Below are positions 25,783-38,005 of a stretch of DNA of 64,000 bases, piece after piece; position 1 is the stretch's first letter; every line of letters begins with the position of its first letter. Origin of the DNA: Mobula hypostoma (Eukaryota). Below the pieces are notes generated by a model, which saw only the letters and a program-made list of their open reading frames with translations, did no database searches and was not told the origin of the DNA. The stretch is from assembly GCF_963921235.1 (NCBI RefSeq), contig NC_086108.1, positions 91,886,001-91,950,000 of the forward strand, read 5' to 3'. A program made the position numbers and the translations under genes.

Positions 25783-27500
25783 CAATCCTGGAATCATTTT
25801 TGTGAACCTCCTTTGAACCCTCTCTAGTTTCAGCTCAACCTTTCTAAGATAGGGGGCCCAAATCTGCTCACAATATTCCAAGTGAGGCCTCACCAGTGCT
25901 TTATAAAGTCTCAACATTACATCCTTGTTTTTATATTCTAGTCCTCTTGAAATGAGTGCTAACATTGCATTTGCCCTCTTCACCACAGACTCAACCTGCA
26001 AGGTAACCTTTAGGGAATCTCACACAAGGACTCCTAAGTCACTACACCTCAGTTTTTTGAATTTTTTCTCCATTTAGAAATTAGTCAACCCTTTCATTTC
26101 TTCCACTAAAGTGCATAACCACACACCTCCTGACACTGTATTCTATCTGCCATTTATTTGCACATTGTCCTAACCTGTCCAAGTCCTTCTGTAGCATCTC
26201 TTCTTCCTTAAAACCACCCGCTCCTCCATATCGTCTGCAAACTTTGTATCAAAGCCATCAATTCTATCATCCAAACCATTGACATATAATGTAAAAAGAA
26301 TCAGTCCCAACACAGGCCCTTGTGGAACACCACTAGTCACCAGCATCCAGCCAGAAAAGGTTCCCTTCATTCTCACTTTTTGCCTGTCAATATGCCACTG
26401 TTTTATCCATGCTAGTATCTTTCCTGTAATACCATAGGCTCATAGCTTGTTAAGGATCCTTATGTGTGGGATTTTGTCAAAAGTCCTGAAAATCCAAGTA
26501 CACAACCTCAACCAATTCTACTTTTCCTGCTTGTTATTTCTTCAAAGAATTCCAACAGATTTGTCAGGTAAGATTTTCCCTTGAGGAAACCGTACTGACT
26601 ACGGCCAGTTTTATCATGTGCCTTCAAGTACCTGGAGATTTTATCCTTAATAATCAACTCCAACATCTTCCCAACCACTGAGGCAGACTAACTGGCCTAT
26701 AGTTTCCTTTCTTCTACCTCTCTCCCTTCTTGAAGAGTGGAGTGACATTTGCAATTTTCCAGTCTTTCAGAACCATTTCAGAATCTAGTGATTTGTAAAA
26801 GAACATCACTAATGCCTCCACAAACTCTTCAGCCACCTTTTTCAGAACCCTGGGGTGCATACCATCTGGGCCAGTTTCAGTTTCCCAAGAACCTTCTCTC
26901 TGTTAATGGTAACTTCACACACTTCATGCCCCCTTCCCTGGCCCCCCCCCCAACACCTGGATCTTCCACCATGATGCTCTGTCTTCCCCAGTGAAGACTG
27001 ATGATTCAGTTTATCTGCCATTTCATTATCCCCCATTACTACTTCAATAGCATTATTTTCCAGGAGTCCGATATCCACTCTTGCCTTTCTTGGAACTTCA
27101 TGTACCTTAAGGAACTTTTGCTGTTCTCTTTAATATTATTGGCTAGCTTATTTTTGTATTCCATCTTTAACTTTTTAATAACTTTTTTAGTTGCCTTCTG
27201 GTGGTTTTTAAAAAGCTTCCTGATCCTCTAACTGTCCACTAATTTTCATTCTATTTTATGCTCTCTTTGGCTTTTTATGTTGCTTTGACTTTTCTTGTCA
27301 GCCACGGTTGTGTCATCTTTCCTTTAGAATACTTTCTCTTTGGGATATATAAACTCTGTGTCTTCTGAATTGCTTCCAGAAATTCTAGCCACTGTTGCTC
27401 TGCTGTCATCCCTGCCAGTGTTATTTTCCGATCAATTCTAGCCAACTCCTTTCTCATGCCTCTGTAATTCCCTTTACTCCACTGTAATTCTGATACATCT
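25783..27500 (-). mobile_element. Decayed CR1 LINE ORF2 (RT region)
   Basis: Peptides VTSGVPQGPVLGLILFTLYVNGLD..TKFADD and LYKALVRPHLEYCEQIWAPYLRK..LERVQRRFTKMIPGL, with many frameshifts. Confidence 0.9.
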
Positions 27501-27504
27501 GTAA

Positions 27505-28480
27505 TGAGCCAAGATTGATTAGAGACCTTAAGGTAAAGGAATCCTTAGGAAGCAGTGATCATAATATGATAAAATTCACCTTGCAGTTTGAGAGGGAGAA
27601 GATAGAGTCAGATGCATCAGTATTACATTGGGGTCAAGGGAATTAGAGAGACATGAGAAAGGAGCTGGCCAAAGATGATTATAATGGGATAATATTAGGG
27701 ATGATGGCAGAACAATAATGGCTGGAGTTTCTGGGGACAATTTGGAAAGCGCAGGATAGACACACCCCAAAAGACAAGTAGTATTCTAAAGGGAGGATGA
27801 GTCAACTGTGGCTGACAAGGGAAGTCAAAGACATCATAAAAGGAAAGGAGAGGGCAAACAATATAGCAAAAGTTAGTGGGGAGTTAGAGGATTGGGAAAC
27901 TATGAAAAACCAACAGAAGGCAACTAAAAACAAGGAGAGAGAAAAGATAAAATATGAAGGAAACACAGCCAATGATATAAAAGAGGATACTAAAAGATTT
28001 TTCTAATATATAAAGAGTAAGAAAGGCAAGAGTGGATATTGGATCACTGGAAAATGACATTGGAGAGGTAGCAATGGGGACGAAGAAATAGCAGGAGGAA
28101 CTTGATAAGAATATTGCATCAGTCATCATTGTGGAAGAAACAAGCTGTATGCCAGATATTCAAGAGTGCTGGGCGCAGATGTGAGTGTTGTTGGTATTAC
28201 TAAGGAGAAGGCGTTTGGGAAACTGAAAGTTCTGAATGTAAATAAATCACCTGAATCAGATGGACTACACACCATGGCTCTGAAAGAAGTAGCTGAAGAG
28301 ATTGTGGAGGCATTAGTAATGATCTTTCAAGAATCTCTAAATTCTGGAATGGTTCCAGAGGGTTGTAAAATTGTAACTATCATTTCACTCTTAAAGAAGA
28401 GAGGGAGGTAGAAGAAAGGAAATTATAGGTCAGTTAGCCCGACTTCAGTGATTGGGAAGATGCTAAAGCCCATTATTAAC
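27505..28480 (+). mobile_element. Decayed CR1 ORF2 fragment (EN-RT linker), back-to-back with the previous copy
   Basis: WLTREVKDIIKGKERA and KSPESDGLHTMALKEVAEEIVEALVMIFQESL peptides. Confidence 0.85.
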
Positions 28481-28482
28481 TG

Positions 28483-28885
28483 TATAACCTATAACCATAT
28501 AGCAATTACAGCACGGAAACAGGCCATCTCGGCCCTTCTAGTCCGTGCCGAATGCTTGCTCTCACCTAGTCCCATCTACCTGCACTCAGCCCATAACCCT
28601 CTATGCCTTTCCTGTCCATATACCTAACCAGTTTTTTTTAAAATGACAAAATCGAACCTGCCTCTACCACTTCTACTGGAAGCTCGTTCCACACAACTAC
28701 CACCCTCTGAGTAAAGAAGTTCCCCCTTGTGTTACCCCTAAACTTTTGCCCATTAACTCTCAACTCATGCAACACACAGAAAAGTTGCTGGTGAACACAG
28801 CAGGCCAGGCAGCATCTCTAGGAAGAGGTACAGTGGACGTTTTGGGCCGAGACCCTTCGTCAGGACTAACTGAAAGAAGAGCTCA
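28483..28885 (-). mobile_element. Young CR1 3' tail (28483-28769) abutting a short PLE insert (28770-28885)
   Basis: The tail ACCATAT..CAATTACAGCACGGAAACAGGCCATCTCGGCCC is nearly identical to 45836-46110. The PLE part has a hammerhead at ~28832-28867 with GAAA changed to AAAA. Confidence 0.8.
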
Positions 28886-29892
28886 TAAGACTTTTGCACA
28901 GTACTGTATATGTTATTTCTTCCGGTCTTCTTTCCCCCACTGGCTGAAACATTTGACTATCCTCTGGGGCACAATCCTTCAGGTCACAGGCATTAACCCA
29001 CAGTTGCACATACCCCTCCTGATCCACCTACATGTTTCACAGGTTCTGGACACTTTGGTCTCTGACTCTGGCCAGATGCAAAAGCATTAACTTCCCTCTT
29101 AAAAATAGGTTTCATTAGATCCAGTTATTGAGAAGCAAATACAATTAGCAGCCACTGTTAAACTACTAATGGCTAAACATAAATTTCTCAGTCTATCGAT
29201 TACAGGGTAGATCTTAATCAGGTGCAGAAGGTGAGAGTGAAGCCAATTAGGCAGGCAACAAGATAACCCAAATCTGCCTGATGCCTGGGCTTATATGATC
29301 AAACACGAGGCATTGATCAAGAATAGAGCAAATCAGCACTTTGCTTCTGGGTAAGCGACAGGAATATCTTGTGAAGGGTGTGTGGTGATGTTGTGGCCAC
29401 AGGGGAAAGATATCCAAGTCTAGAAAGGACCCAAAGAGTCTTTGTAGGCTCTGGCCAAGCACTCCACCTCTTCCAGACTTAAAAGAATACTTTTAAATTT
29501 TAATTCTGACTTAATTTATTGGCATTTTTTCCTCGTTTTTCTTTAATGTCTCGGGAAGATATACTTGTCACATGTACATCGAAACATACAGAGAAATGCA
29601 TCTTCTGCCTCAAATTAAATCAGCAAGGCAAGTATAACTATGCTTCCATGCCTACATAGGATACCCACAATTTGCTAATGCTAACCCATATATCTTCAGA
29701 ACGTGGAAGGAAACTGGGGTACCCAGATGCTCCAAACAAAAAATAATTTCAGTTTTATGCTCCGAGACCATATCTACTGCATTTCAAAGGGGCTATCACC
29801 CCTTTCTATTATAATCCAGAGTTCATACCATTTCTATCAGATGCAGGGCCTGTGAGAAGGGTTAAATGTTTTCCTTTGATTTGTCCTCATAT

Positions 29893-30692
29893 GCATGGCC
29901 ATGCACTTTGGTAGTAGATATAAATGTGCAGACTATTTTCTAAACAGGGAGAAAGTCCAGGAATCAGAGAGGCAGAGGGACTTGGGAGTCATTGTACAGA
30001 CAACCTGAAGGTTAACTTGCAGGTTGAGTCAGTGGTGAGAAAGGCAATTGCCATGTTAGCATTAATTTCAAGATGTCTAGAATACAAGAACAAGAATATG
30101 ATGCTGAGGATTTGTAACGCACTGGTGAGGCCTCACCTTGAGTATTGTGAACAGTTTTGGGCCCCTCATCTTAGAAAAGATGTGCTGATATTGGAGAAGG
30201 TCCAGAGGAGGTTCACAAAGGTGATTCCAGAAATGAAAGGGTTATCATACGAGGAACATTTGATGGCTCTGGGTCTGTACTTGCTGGAATTCAGAAGAAT
30301 GAGGGTGGATCTCATTGAAAACTTTCTAATGTTGAAATGCCTTGACAGAGTAGATGTGATAAGGATGTTTCCCATGGTGGGAGAGTCTAGGATGAGAGGA
30401 CACAGTCACAGGACAGAGGGGCACCTTTTCAAAACAGATGCAGAGAAATGTTTTTAGCCAGTGGGTAGTGAATTTGTGGAACTTGTTGCCACATGCAGCT
30501 GTGGAGACCAGGTCATTGGGTGTATTTAAGTCAGAGATTGATAGGTTCTCAATTGAACATGGCATCAAAGGTTACGGGGAGAAGGCCAGGAACTGGGGTT
30601 GAGGAGGAAAGGGAAAAAAAGGATCCGCCATGATTGAATGGTGGAGCAGACTCAATGGGCCTGATGGCTCCTGCGTTTTATGGTCTTATGGT
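29893..30692 (+). mobile_element. CR1 LINE 3' portion
   Basis: ORF 29924-30457 includes ALVRPHLEYCEQFWAPHLRKDVLILEKVQRRFTK. Ends in the tail TATGGTCTTATGG. Confidence 0.9.
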
Positions 30693-32151
30693 ATAAAAAG
30701 ACCTCTTTGTGTCAAAGTAAAAAATAGATCTCTACAAACTGACCTAAATTAATTACAAATGTAAAACACAAAATAATTGATTGCAGAATTACTCACCCCT
30801 TCAAGTCAGTGTTTACTAGATGCACCTTTGGCAGCAATTACAGCATTGAGTCTATGTGGATAGGTCTCCAGCAGCTTTACACATCTGGATCCTGCAATTT
30901 TTCCCCATTCTTCTTTACAAAACTGCTCAAGCTCTTGTCAGATTGCACAGGGATCATGAGTGAACAGTCTTTTTCCAAGTCCAGCCATAAATTCTCAGTT
31001 GGATTAAGGTCTGGCCACTGACTTGGCCACCCCAGGGCATTAACTTTGTTGTCTTTAAGGCATTCCTCTGTAGCTTTGGCTTTTTGCTTGGGGTCATTGT
31101 CTTGCTGGAAACCAAATCTCCCAAGTTGTAGTTCTCTTGCAGATTGCATCACATTTTCCTCAGAGAGTTCCCTGTATTTTGCTGCATTCATTTTACCCTC
31201 TACCTTCACAAGCCTTCCAGGGTGTACTGCAGTGAAGCATTCCCACAGCATGATGCAGCCACCACCATGCTTCATGGTAGGAATGGTGTGTTTTTGATGA
31301 TGTGCAGTGTTTGGCTTATGCCAAACGTAGTTTTTAGTCCAATGGCCAAAAAGCTCAATTTTCATTTCATCAGACCATAGAACCTTCTTCCAGCTGACTT
31401 CAGAGTCTCCCACATGCCTTCTGGCAAAGTATAGTCAAGATTTTATGTGAGTTATTTTCCAACAGTAGCTTTCTCTTTGCCACTCTCCCATAAAGCTGTG
31501 ACAAGTGAAGCACCCAGGCAACAGTTGTTGTATGTGCAGACTCTCCTATCTCAGCCACTGAAGCTTGTAACTCCTCCAGAGTTGTTTTAGGTCTCTTAGC
31601 AACCACCCTCACTAGTCCCCTTTTTGCACAGTCACTCAGTTTTTGAGGACTGCCTGCTCTAGACAGATTTACAGCTGTGCCATATTCTTTCCATTTCTTG
31701 ACAATTGACAGAACTGTACTCCAATGGATATTCAGTGACTTGAAAAATTTCTTGTATCCATTTCCTGGCCTGTGCTTTTCAATAATCTTTCCACAGAGTT
31801 GTTTGGAGTGTTCTTTTGTCTGACTCACCAGCTGTTGAACCTTCCATATACAGGTGTATTCTACTACAATCAATTGAAACACCTTGACTGCACACAGGGA
31901 TCTCCATTTAAATAATTATGTAACTTCTAAAACCAATTGCCTGCACTAGTGACAATTTGGTGTGTCATATTAAAGAGGGTGAATACTTATGCAATCAATT
32001 ATTTTGTGCTTTATACATGTATTTAATTTATATCACTTTGTCAAGATCTGTTTTCACTTTGACACAAAAAAGACAAATTAATGTTGTAAAATAATAAAAC
32101 ATAAAAACTTCTGGGGGGGGGTGGTAGTGAATACTTTTTATAGGCACTGTA
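30693..32151 (-). mobile_element. Tc1-family DNA transposon with long inverted repeats; outer left end missing
   Basis: The end reads TA-CAGTGCCTATAAAAAGTATTCAC on the minus strand (32127-32151). Inverted homology exists between ~30695-30800 and ~31977-32072. Confidence 0.9.
30877..31830 (-). pseudogene. Frameshifted Tc1 transposase (DD34E)
   Basis: HTH region TKEHSKQL..GYKK..WSTV..GSPQKLS, then WKKVLWSDEMKIELFG, KHGGGCIMLW and QQDNDPK...WPSQWPDLNPTENLW, with 34 residues between the second D and E. Split by frameshifting near 31400-31450. Confidence 0.9.
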
Positions 32152-34512
32152 GTATAAGGCAGCAAGGCATTATCCAGTTCCTTGAAGAACTGAGCTCATG
32201 TAATTGTCAAGAAATGGAGGGAGCAGTGAGGAATTGCTCTTTACCTCACTAGTGTTGTTCATCCAGCAAATATGTTGCATCAGTACTCTGGCTATTAGCA
32301 CTGTGTGTGCAATAAGGCTTAGACTTTCTTCATTTTTTTCTCTGATGTAAGAGCTTTGGATAAACTTAAAGAGCAAAGTGTCACACAGTCCTCTTGTCCC
32401 CCAGACCTTCACCACTCTGATGCAATAGCTCAGAAAAAGCAAGTTCTGTGAACTGTAGCAATCCTCACTCAAACAGCAGTCCAATTTCATGCCAGCAATT
32501 GTCAATCATATCTGTTATTTATATTGAAGGCATTGTTCAAAGTAAATTTATTATCAATATACCTTGAAATTCATTTTCTGCAAGCATTTACATGATAAAA
32601 GAAATTCAATAGAATTCAATAAAAAACTATACATAAGCAGACAAAGACTGACAAACACCAATGTGCAAATTGCAGTCTGTATTTGCTCTTCACATATATA
32701 GTACACATTATAAATCCTCATAGAAATATCAGCTGTCAACCTGGATCTCACCATTTTGACTGATATGTCCTCCTAAATCTATGGGTCCTGGTTTTACTTA
32801 ACGTATCTCAAGAATGAAGGCTGGTAAAATGTTTTCCTTAATCAATTTTAGAGCTACCTTTTCATCATCAGCCATCCCCCTACCCCTCACTATTCCAGAT
32901 GCTCTGATTCTGGGAAAGTTAGTACCAGAAGGCAATATCCAGCTCTTTGAAGGACTGTGCTCATGCACATACCAAAGCAAACAGGGAAAATGGTGGAATA
33001 GAGTGGATTTAAGTTAGGCATTGAGAAGCTGAGGGCCTATATGTATAACTTTTAGACCAGGAGAATGTTAAATCAGGAATGAAAAAAAAAACCTTCATAA
33101 GGTATCATATAGAATATCAGCTTCTTCTTAGGCAATGCAATGACTTACTTCCATTCCAGATTTGTGGGTTTTGAGGTGATTACAAACCACATACACCGTA
33201 GTGGAAATTTTCTGGATGGCCTTTCAGACTTAGGCAAAATGAGAAATGTGTTGCAAAGCTCAAATGCCTTTGAGTTCCACACATTGTGTGAACAGAAGTG
33301 TAACCTGATGATTACATATATCGGTAATTAAATTCAGACATTGCAGCCAAAGTTTCAACATTCAGAAAACATATTCAACTTACTAAACATTGTAAATCAT
33401 GCCATAACTTTTAAAACTCACCTTTCCATCTTCTTAGTTTTGCAACGGTAACTGTAATTACAAAGGTATAAAATTGCTCGAAGGGACAAACTTCATTAGA
33501 ATTAATCGGATCCATTCCAGTGGCATTTGATCATGCCCAAGCTATAGGTGGAGCTGTTACAACATCTCCCTTGATTTTCTGCTGCTGTGCCCTTCTTGTT
33601 TCCTTTACAAGCATTTATTGATGGAATTAGTTTCCAAAAGCAATAGGAAAGGGAGAACTGTACTCATTCATTGACATCTCATGTGTGTCTTTGCTATATC
33701 TAGTGGTTTTCCACTTTTTTTTGGCAAGCACACCCCCTTTTCATTCCAATCCACCCTTTCCTTCACCAGCTTCATCTCAATAACATCAGTCCTAAGCTTC
33801 TGAGCCCAGTGTTAGTTGCTATGACTACTCCCTGGCATTTACAGTGGCCTCTGTTTACCTTTAACCAAAAACTTCACAGCACAGAACAGAACAGAATTAT
33901 TTCTAAAAGAATGTTAACACTAATATCCAAACTATCTGTGAGGAAGAACACTTGGGATTTCATTGGAAACAACAGTAGAAGTTCAATGGTCAAAGTTCAA
34001 AGTACAGTGCGTATATGTTGTCATATACTACCTTGAGATTCATTTACTTCAATACAATAGAATCAATGAAAAACTACACTTATTCTATATATAAAAGATT
34101 AATAGAGGATATAATTATATAAAAGATTTATAAGGTATCAACTATGTCCAGGGCCCATTTCATTCTGTGAGTACTACGGCTTTCTACAAAACCTGCTTTG
34201 GAGTTTTGCTAAGGGGAGATGTGCAGGAGTAGTGATGTTGAATTTGTCCCATGAAACCAATTGAGGGTTGCCAATCCAGCGTTCTATTGGAGTGCCTTAA
34301 TGTGCTCTGTTGATATTCCATTGAGCAAATTGCTGGGTCAGTGTCGAAAATGAAGCCAAAAGGTAAAGTGGTAAATTGGTTTATTATTGTCACAAGTACA
34401 GAAGTATAGGGAAAAATTTTGTTTTGCATGCCATCTGTTCAGAATATTTCACCACATCAGTGTGTTCAGTAGTACAAGAGAAAATAATATCAAAATGCAG
34501 AATAAAGTGAGG

Positions 34513-34912
34513 TTCAATTATTGTTCAGACCAAACATCAGAGTGGCCAAGAAATGTGATCTAAGTGACTTTGACCATGGAATGATTGTTGGTACCATATA
34601 GGGTGGTTTGAGTATCTCAGAAATTGTTGATCTCCTGAGATTTTCACGCATAGCAGTCTGCAAAATACAAAAAAAATCCAGTGAGCAGAGGTTCTGTGGG
34701 TGAAAAGGTCAGAGGAGAATGGCCAGACTGGTTCAAGCTGACAGGAAGACAATAGTAACCAGAAGTTACAACATTGGTGTGCAGAAGAGCTTCTCTGAAT
34801 GCACAACACATTGAACCTTGAAATGGATGGGCTACAATAGCAGAAAACCATGAACATACGCTCAGTGGCCGCTTCATTAGGTACAGGAGAGATCTAAATA
34901 CACTGAGTGTAT
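34513..34912 (+). mobile_element. Internally deleted Tc1-like element (5' end lost)
   Basis: Homologous to 59819-61145 and 45700-46998. TIR-derived CTCAGTGGCCGCTTCATTAGGTACA...CACTGAGTGTA at the end. Confidence 0.75.
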
Positions 34913-34930
34913 TTGTCATGCAGGGGCAAT

Positions 34931-35513
34931 CTTGTTTGGGTCTGGAGGGAAGAGGAGATGGCGGCGCGACACAGCGCGCGCAGCCGTTCCGAATGATATC
35001 GATATGTGTAACTAGGGGTGCCATGCACAATCCGGATTTGATGGAGACAGCCGTGAGAAGCACAGAGGAATATTTGGAGTAACTTCTGAAATGCCTGCTT
35101 CACTGCCGCTGCTACTGTGCGATCAAGAATCTCCAGAGCCGAAGGCCCCAAATCCTCAGCTTTGCGTATCGCCTGTTGCTGGGGCCGGGGTTGAAGCACT
35201 CGGCAGAGAAGGTGCTCGGTGCTCGGTGTCAGGAGGTGGTCGGAAGTTCGGAGATTTTCGGACAGTCTCGGAGTCGGACTGTGGTCGGATGCTTCCAGGA
35301 TGCTGCACCAGCAAGTTGGCGGTGCTGGAGGTTCACCGTCTGCGTGAGATGATGGGACTTTGAGACTTTCATGTGGTTTTTGTTAGTTTTTCAGTCTGTT
35401 TGTCATGTGTTTTTGTGTTATCATTCTGGAAAAACATTTTATAATTTCTTAATGCATGCATTACTAAGTGACAATAAAAGGGGACTGTGTGTCCTCATAA
35501 TCACAATCATCAT
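34931..35513 (+). mobile_element. Non-autonomous GC-rich retroposon, copy 1 of 3
   Basis: GATGGCGGCGCGAC head, GTGCCATGCACAATCC.GATTTGATGGAGACA core and AATAAA..GGACTG.GTGTCCTCATAATC tail. Homologous to 41218-41872 and 43196-43838. Confidence 0.75.
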
Positions 35514-36589
35514 TACAATAAAATCTATTTTGTTATTTTAATCAATGGAATATTTGCTGCAAGCAATTTTCCAGGCACTGTACTTCAGCATACATCTAAA
35601 CTAAAGGGCAAAATAATTAAACTGTGAAATAGGTGAATCCACATCTGTTCAAAGTCAAGTTGTAAAGCCCAGCCTATTATTGTAAAACCCTGTTGTATTA
35701 GCTCGAGGAGCGTGCACAACAACTTTCTGTGTTGCTCTGGCTCTTCCACCTCAGACATACATGTAAATTAGAATTAAACAAATATAATTGGATTAGCAAA
35801 GAAGTGGATGGGCGACAGCAGCAGAAGACCATGCACATTCAGTCAGTGACCACCTTATTAGGTACAGGAGGTATCTAATCATGTGGGTACTGGGTGCTCC
35901 TTGAAATGAGAAGGGAAACCGTAATGGAAAAATGTGTAATATTTCAGGGTAAGTTTTAGGTACAGGCTAAGTAAATAATGGTATATTTCCACAAGAGGGA
36001 AAGGTAAGGGATCCTTACATCTGAAAAGGAGACAAAGTGTATGATTAAACAGCAGCAGAGGGATGTTTATTAGGTGAATACTCTAAGTGAAAAACAAGTG
36101 AAAAGTAAGTTGAAAGGGTAAGTGAAGAGCAAAAGACAAAATGAGAATGGTAGAAAAGATAAGAGGCACATAGGAGATGTTAGAGTTAGGGGTAGTAGGT
36201 TGTGGACATGTAATGTTGATGCCAGAAGGACGGCAATAATTTCAGGCTGTCTTCACTACATCTCGGACTGTGCAAGTCAATGAAACTAACAACACTTTTC
36301 ACTGTGCGTTTCAAGGTTTCAATGTACACGTGACAAGTCTTTAATCCTTATCTTTTAAAAGAGACTGCAGATGCTGGAAGATTCCTGATGCAGGCTCACA
36401 ACACAAATGCCTCCATATATGCAGACTGACCAGAGTTTATTTTTAGAAACAGACGCACAGACAGGTTTGAATTAATTAAGAATCACATAGATTATGAAAA
36501 GCATGTTGTGTTTGACTAACCTTATTAAAATTTTGATAAAGTAAAAGAAAAATGAAATGCTATAGGTGGTGTTAGTATGGATTTTAAGG

Positions 36590-37260
36590 ACACATCGGAC
36601 AATGTACCATAGAAAACTGAGGCTCATGTACTCAGAAACTCTCAAGGAACTTGCATAAAAATTAGCTAAAGCGGGAACGCGGTGCATTATGGTAGGTAGT
36701 CATTTTTATGACTAGACACCAGTGTCTCTCAAAGATTGATGGTGGGACTCTTATGAATAAAAATCAAAATACCAAGTAAGATTTCAATATTTTCTGGGGA
36801 TACCAGACTTGGAGGTGCGGCAAATAATGAGGATTAATTTAATCAACTGAAAGAGGACAGAGAAAGGCTAGCAGAATGTACAAACAGGTGGCAGATGGAA
36901 CTTAATGAAGAAAAATGATTCGTTTTGGCAGAAGACATGGGGAGAGTCAATATAGACACAATGGTGCAGTTCCAAACATTGTACAGGAACAGAGGCACCT
37001 GGAAGTTCATATGCATCTTTGAATGTGATAGGTCTCATATATGGGACCTTGTGCTTCATTAATAGAGGTATTGAATATAAAAGCTGGGAAATTATGCAGA
37101 ATCACTAAAAAGCTCTGTTATGACATAAGTATTGCACACTGTTTGCTTTAGGAAGGGCATGAAGTCCTCTTTGAAAGGATGCAGAAAAGAATCTAGGATT
37201 ATTCTCATTTGGAACAAAGGATATTGAGGGGAGATTTGATGAGGTGTACTCCTCTGATGG
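36590..37260 (+). mobile_element. Very old CR1 RT fragment
   Basis: Degenerate matches to CR1 RT (CTTGGAGGTG..GCAAAT, GGTGGCAGATGGAA.TTAATG, TGAGGGGAGATTTGAT). Confidence 0.55.
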
Positions 37261-37431
37261 GGACAAAGAGGCACAAAGGAATGAGATAGATCAGTCAGTC
37301 AGCCAGTGAGATCAGCCAACAATCTTGCACTCAATGTCAGGAATATCAAGGAATTTATTGTGGATTTCAGGAAGAAGAAGTCGGGAGAACACATACCAGT
37401 TCTCTTGAGTGGAAAGGGTGAGCAGCTTTAA

Positions 37432-38005
37432 GCTACACACACAAAATGTTGGAGGAACTGAGCGGACCAGGCAGCATCTATGGAAAAGAATAAACAGTCA
37501 ACATTTTGGCCCAAGACCTTGCATCAGAACTAGAGAAAGAAGATGAGGTCAGACTAAGCAGGTAGAGGGAGGGGAGGAAGAAATACAAGGTAGTAGGTGA
37601 TAGATGAAACCGGGAGTGGGGAGGTGTGAAGTAAAGGGCAGAGAAGTTGATTGGTGATGGAGGTAAAAGGCAGGAGAAGAGGGAATCTGATAGGAGAGGA
37701 CAGAAGATATAGAAAAAAGGGAAGTGGGAGGAATAGCAGAGGGAGGTGATGAGCAAGTAAGGAGATAAGGTGAGAGAGGAAAATAGGAATGGGGAATGGT
37801 GAAAGGGAGGTGAAGGGGGAGCCATTATCTGAAGTTCAAGAAATCGACGTTCATGCCATCAAGTTGGAGGCAACCCAGACAGAATATAAAAGTGTTGCTC
37901 CTCAAACCTGAGTGTGGCCTCATCACAACAGTAGAGGAGGCTATGGACTGACATGTCGGAATGTGAATGGGAACTGAAATTAAAATGGGTGGCCACTGGA
38001 AGATT
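37432..38005 (-). mobile_element. PLE 3' part inserted into a Rex1/Babar fragment (37310-38040)
   Basis: LPVATHFNFSSHSHSDMSVHSLLYCCDEATLRFEEQH peptide. The host sequence GCAGCTTTAAG|TTCCTGGGTGTCAACATC is split, with TTTAAG on both sides. Confidence 0.8.
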
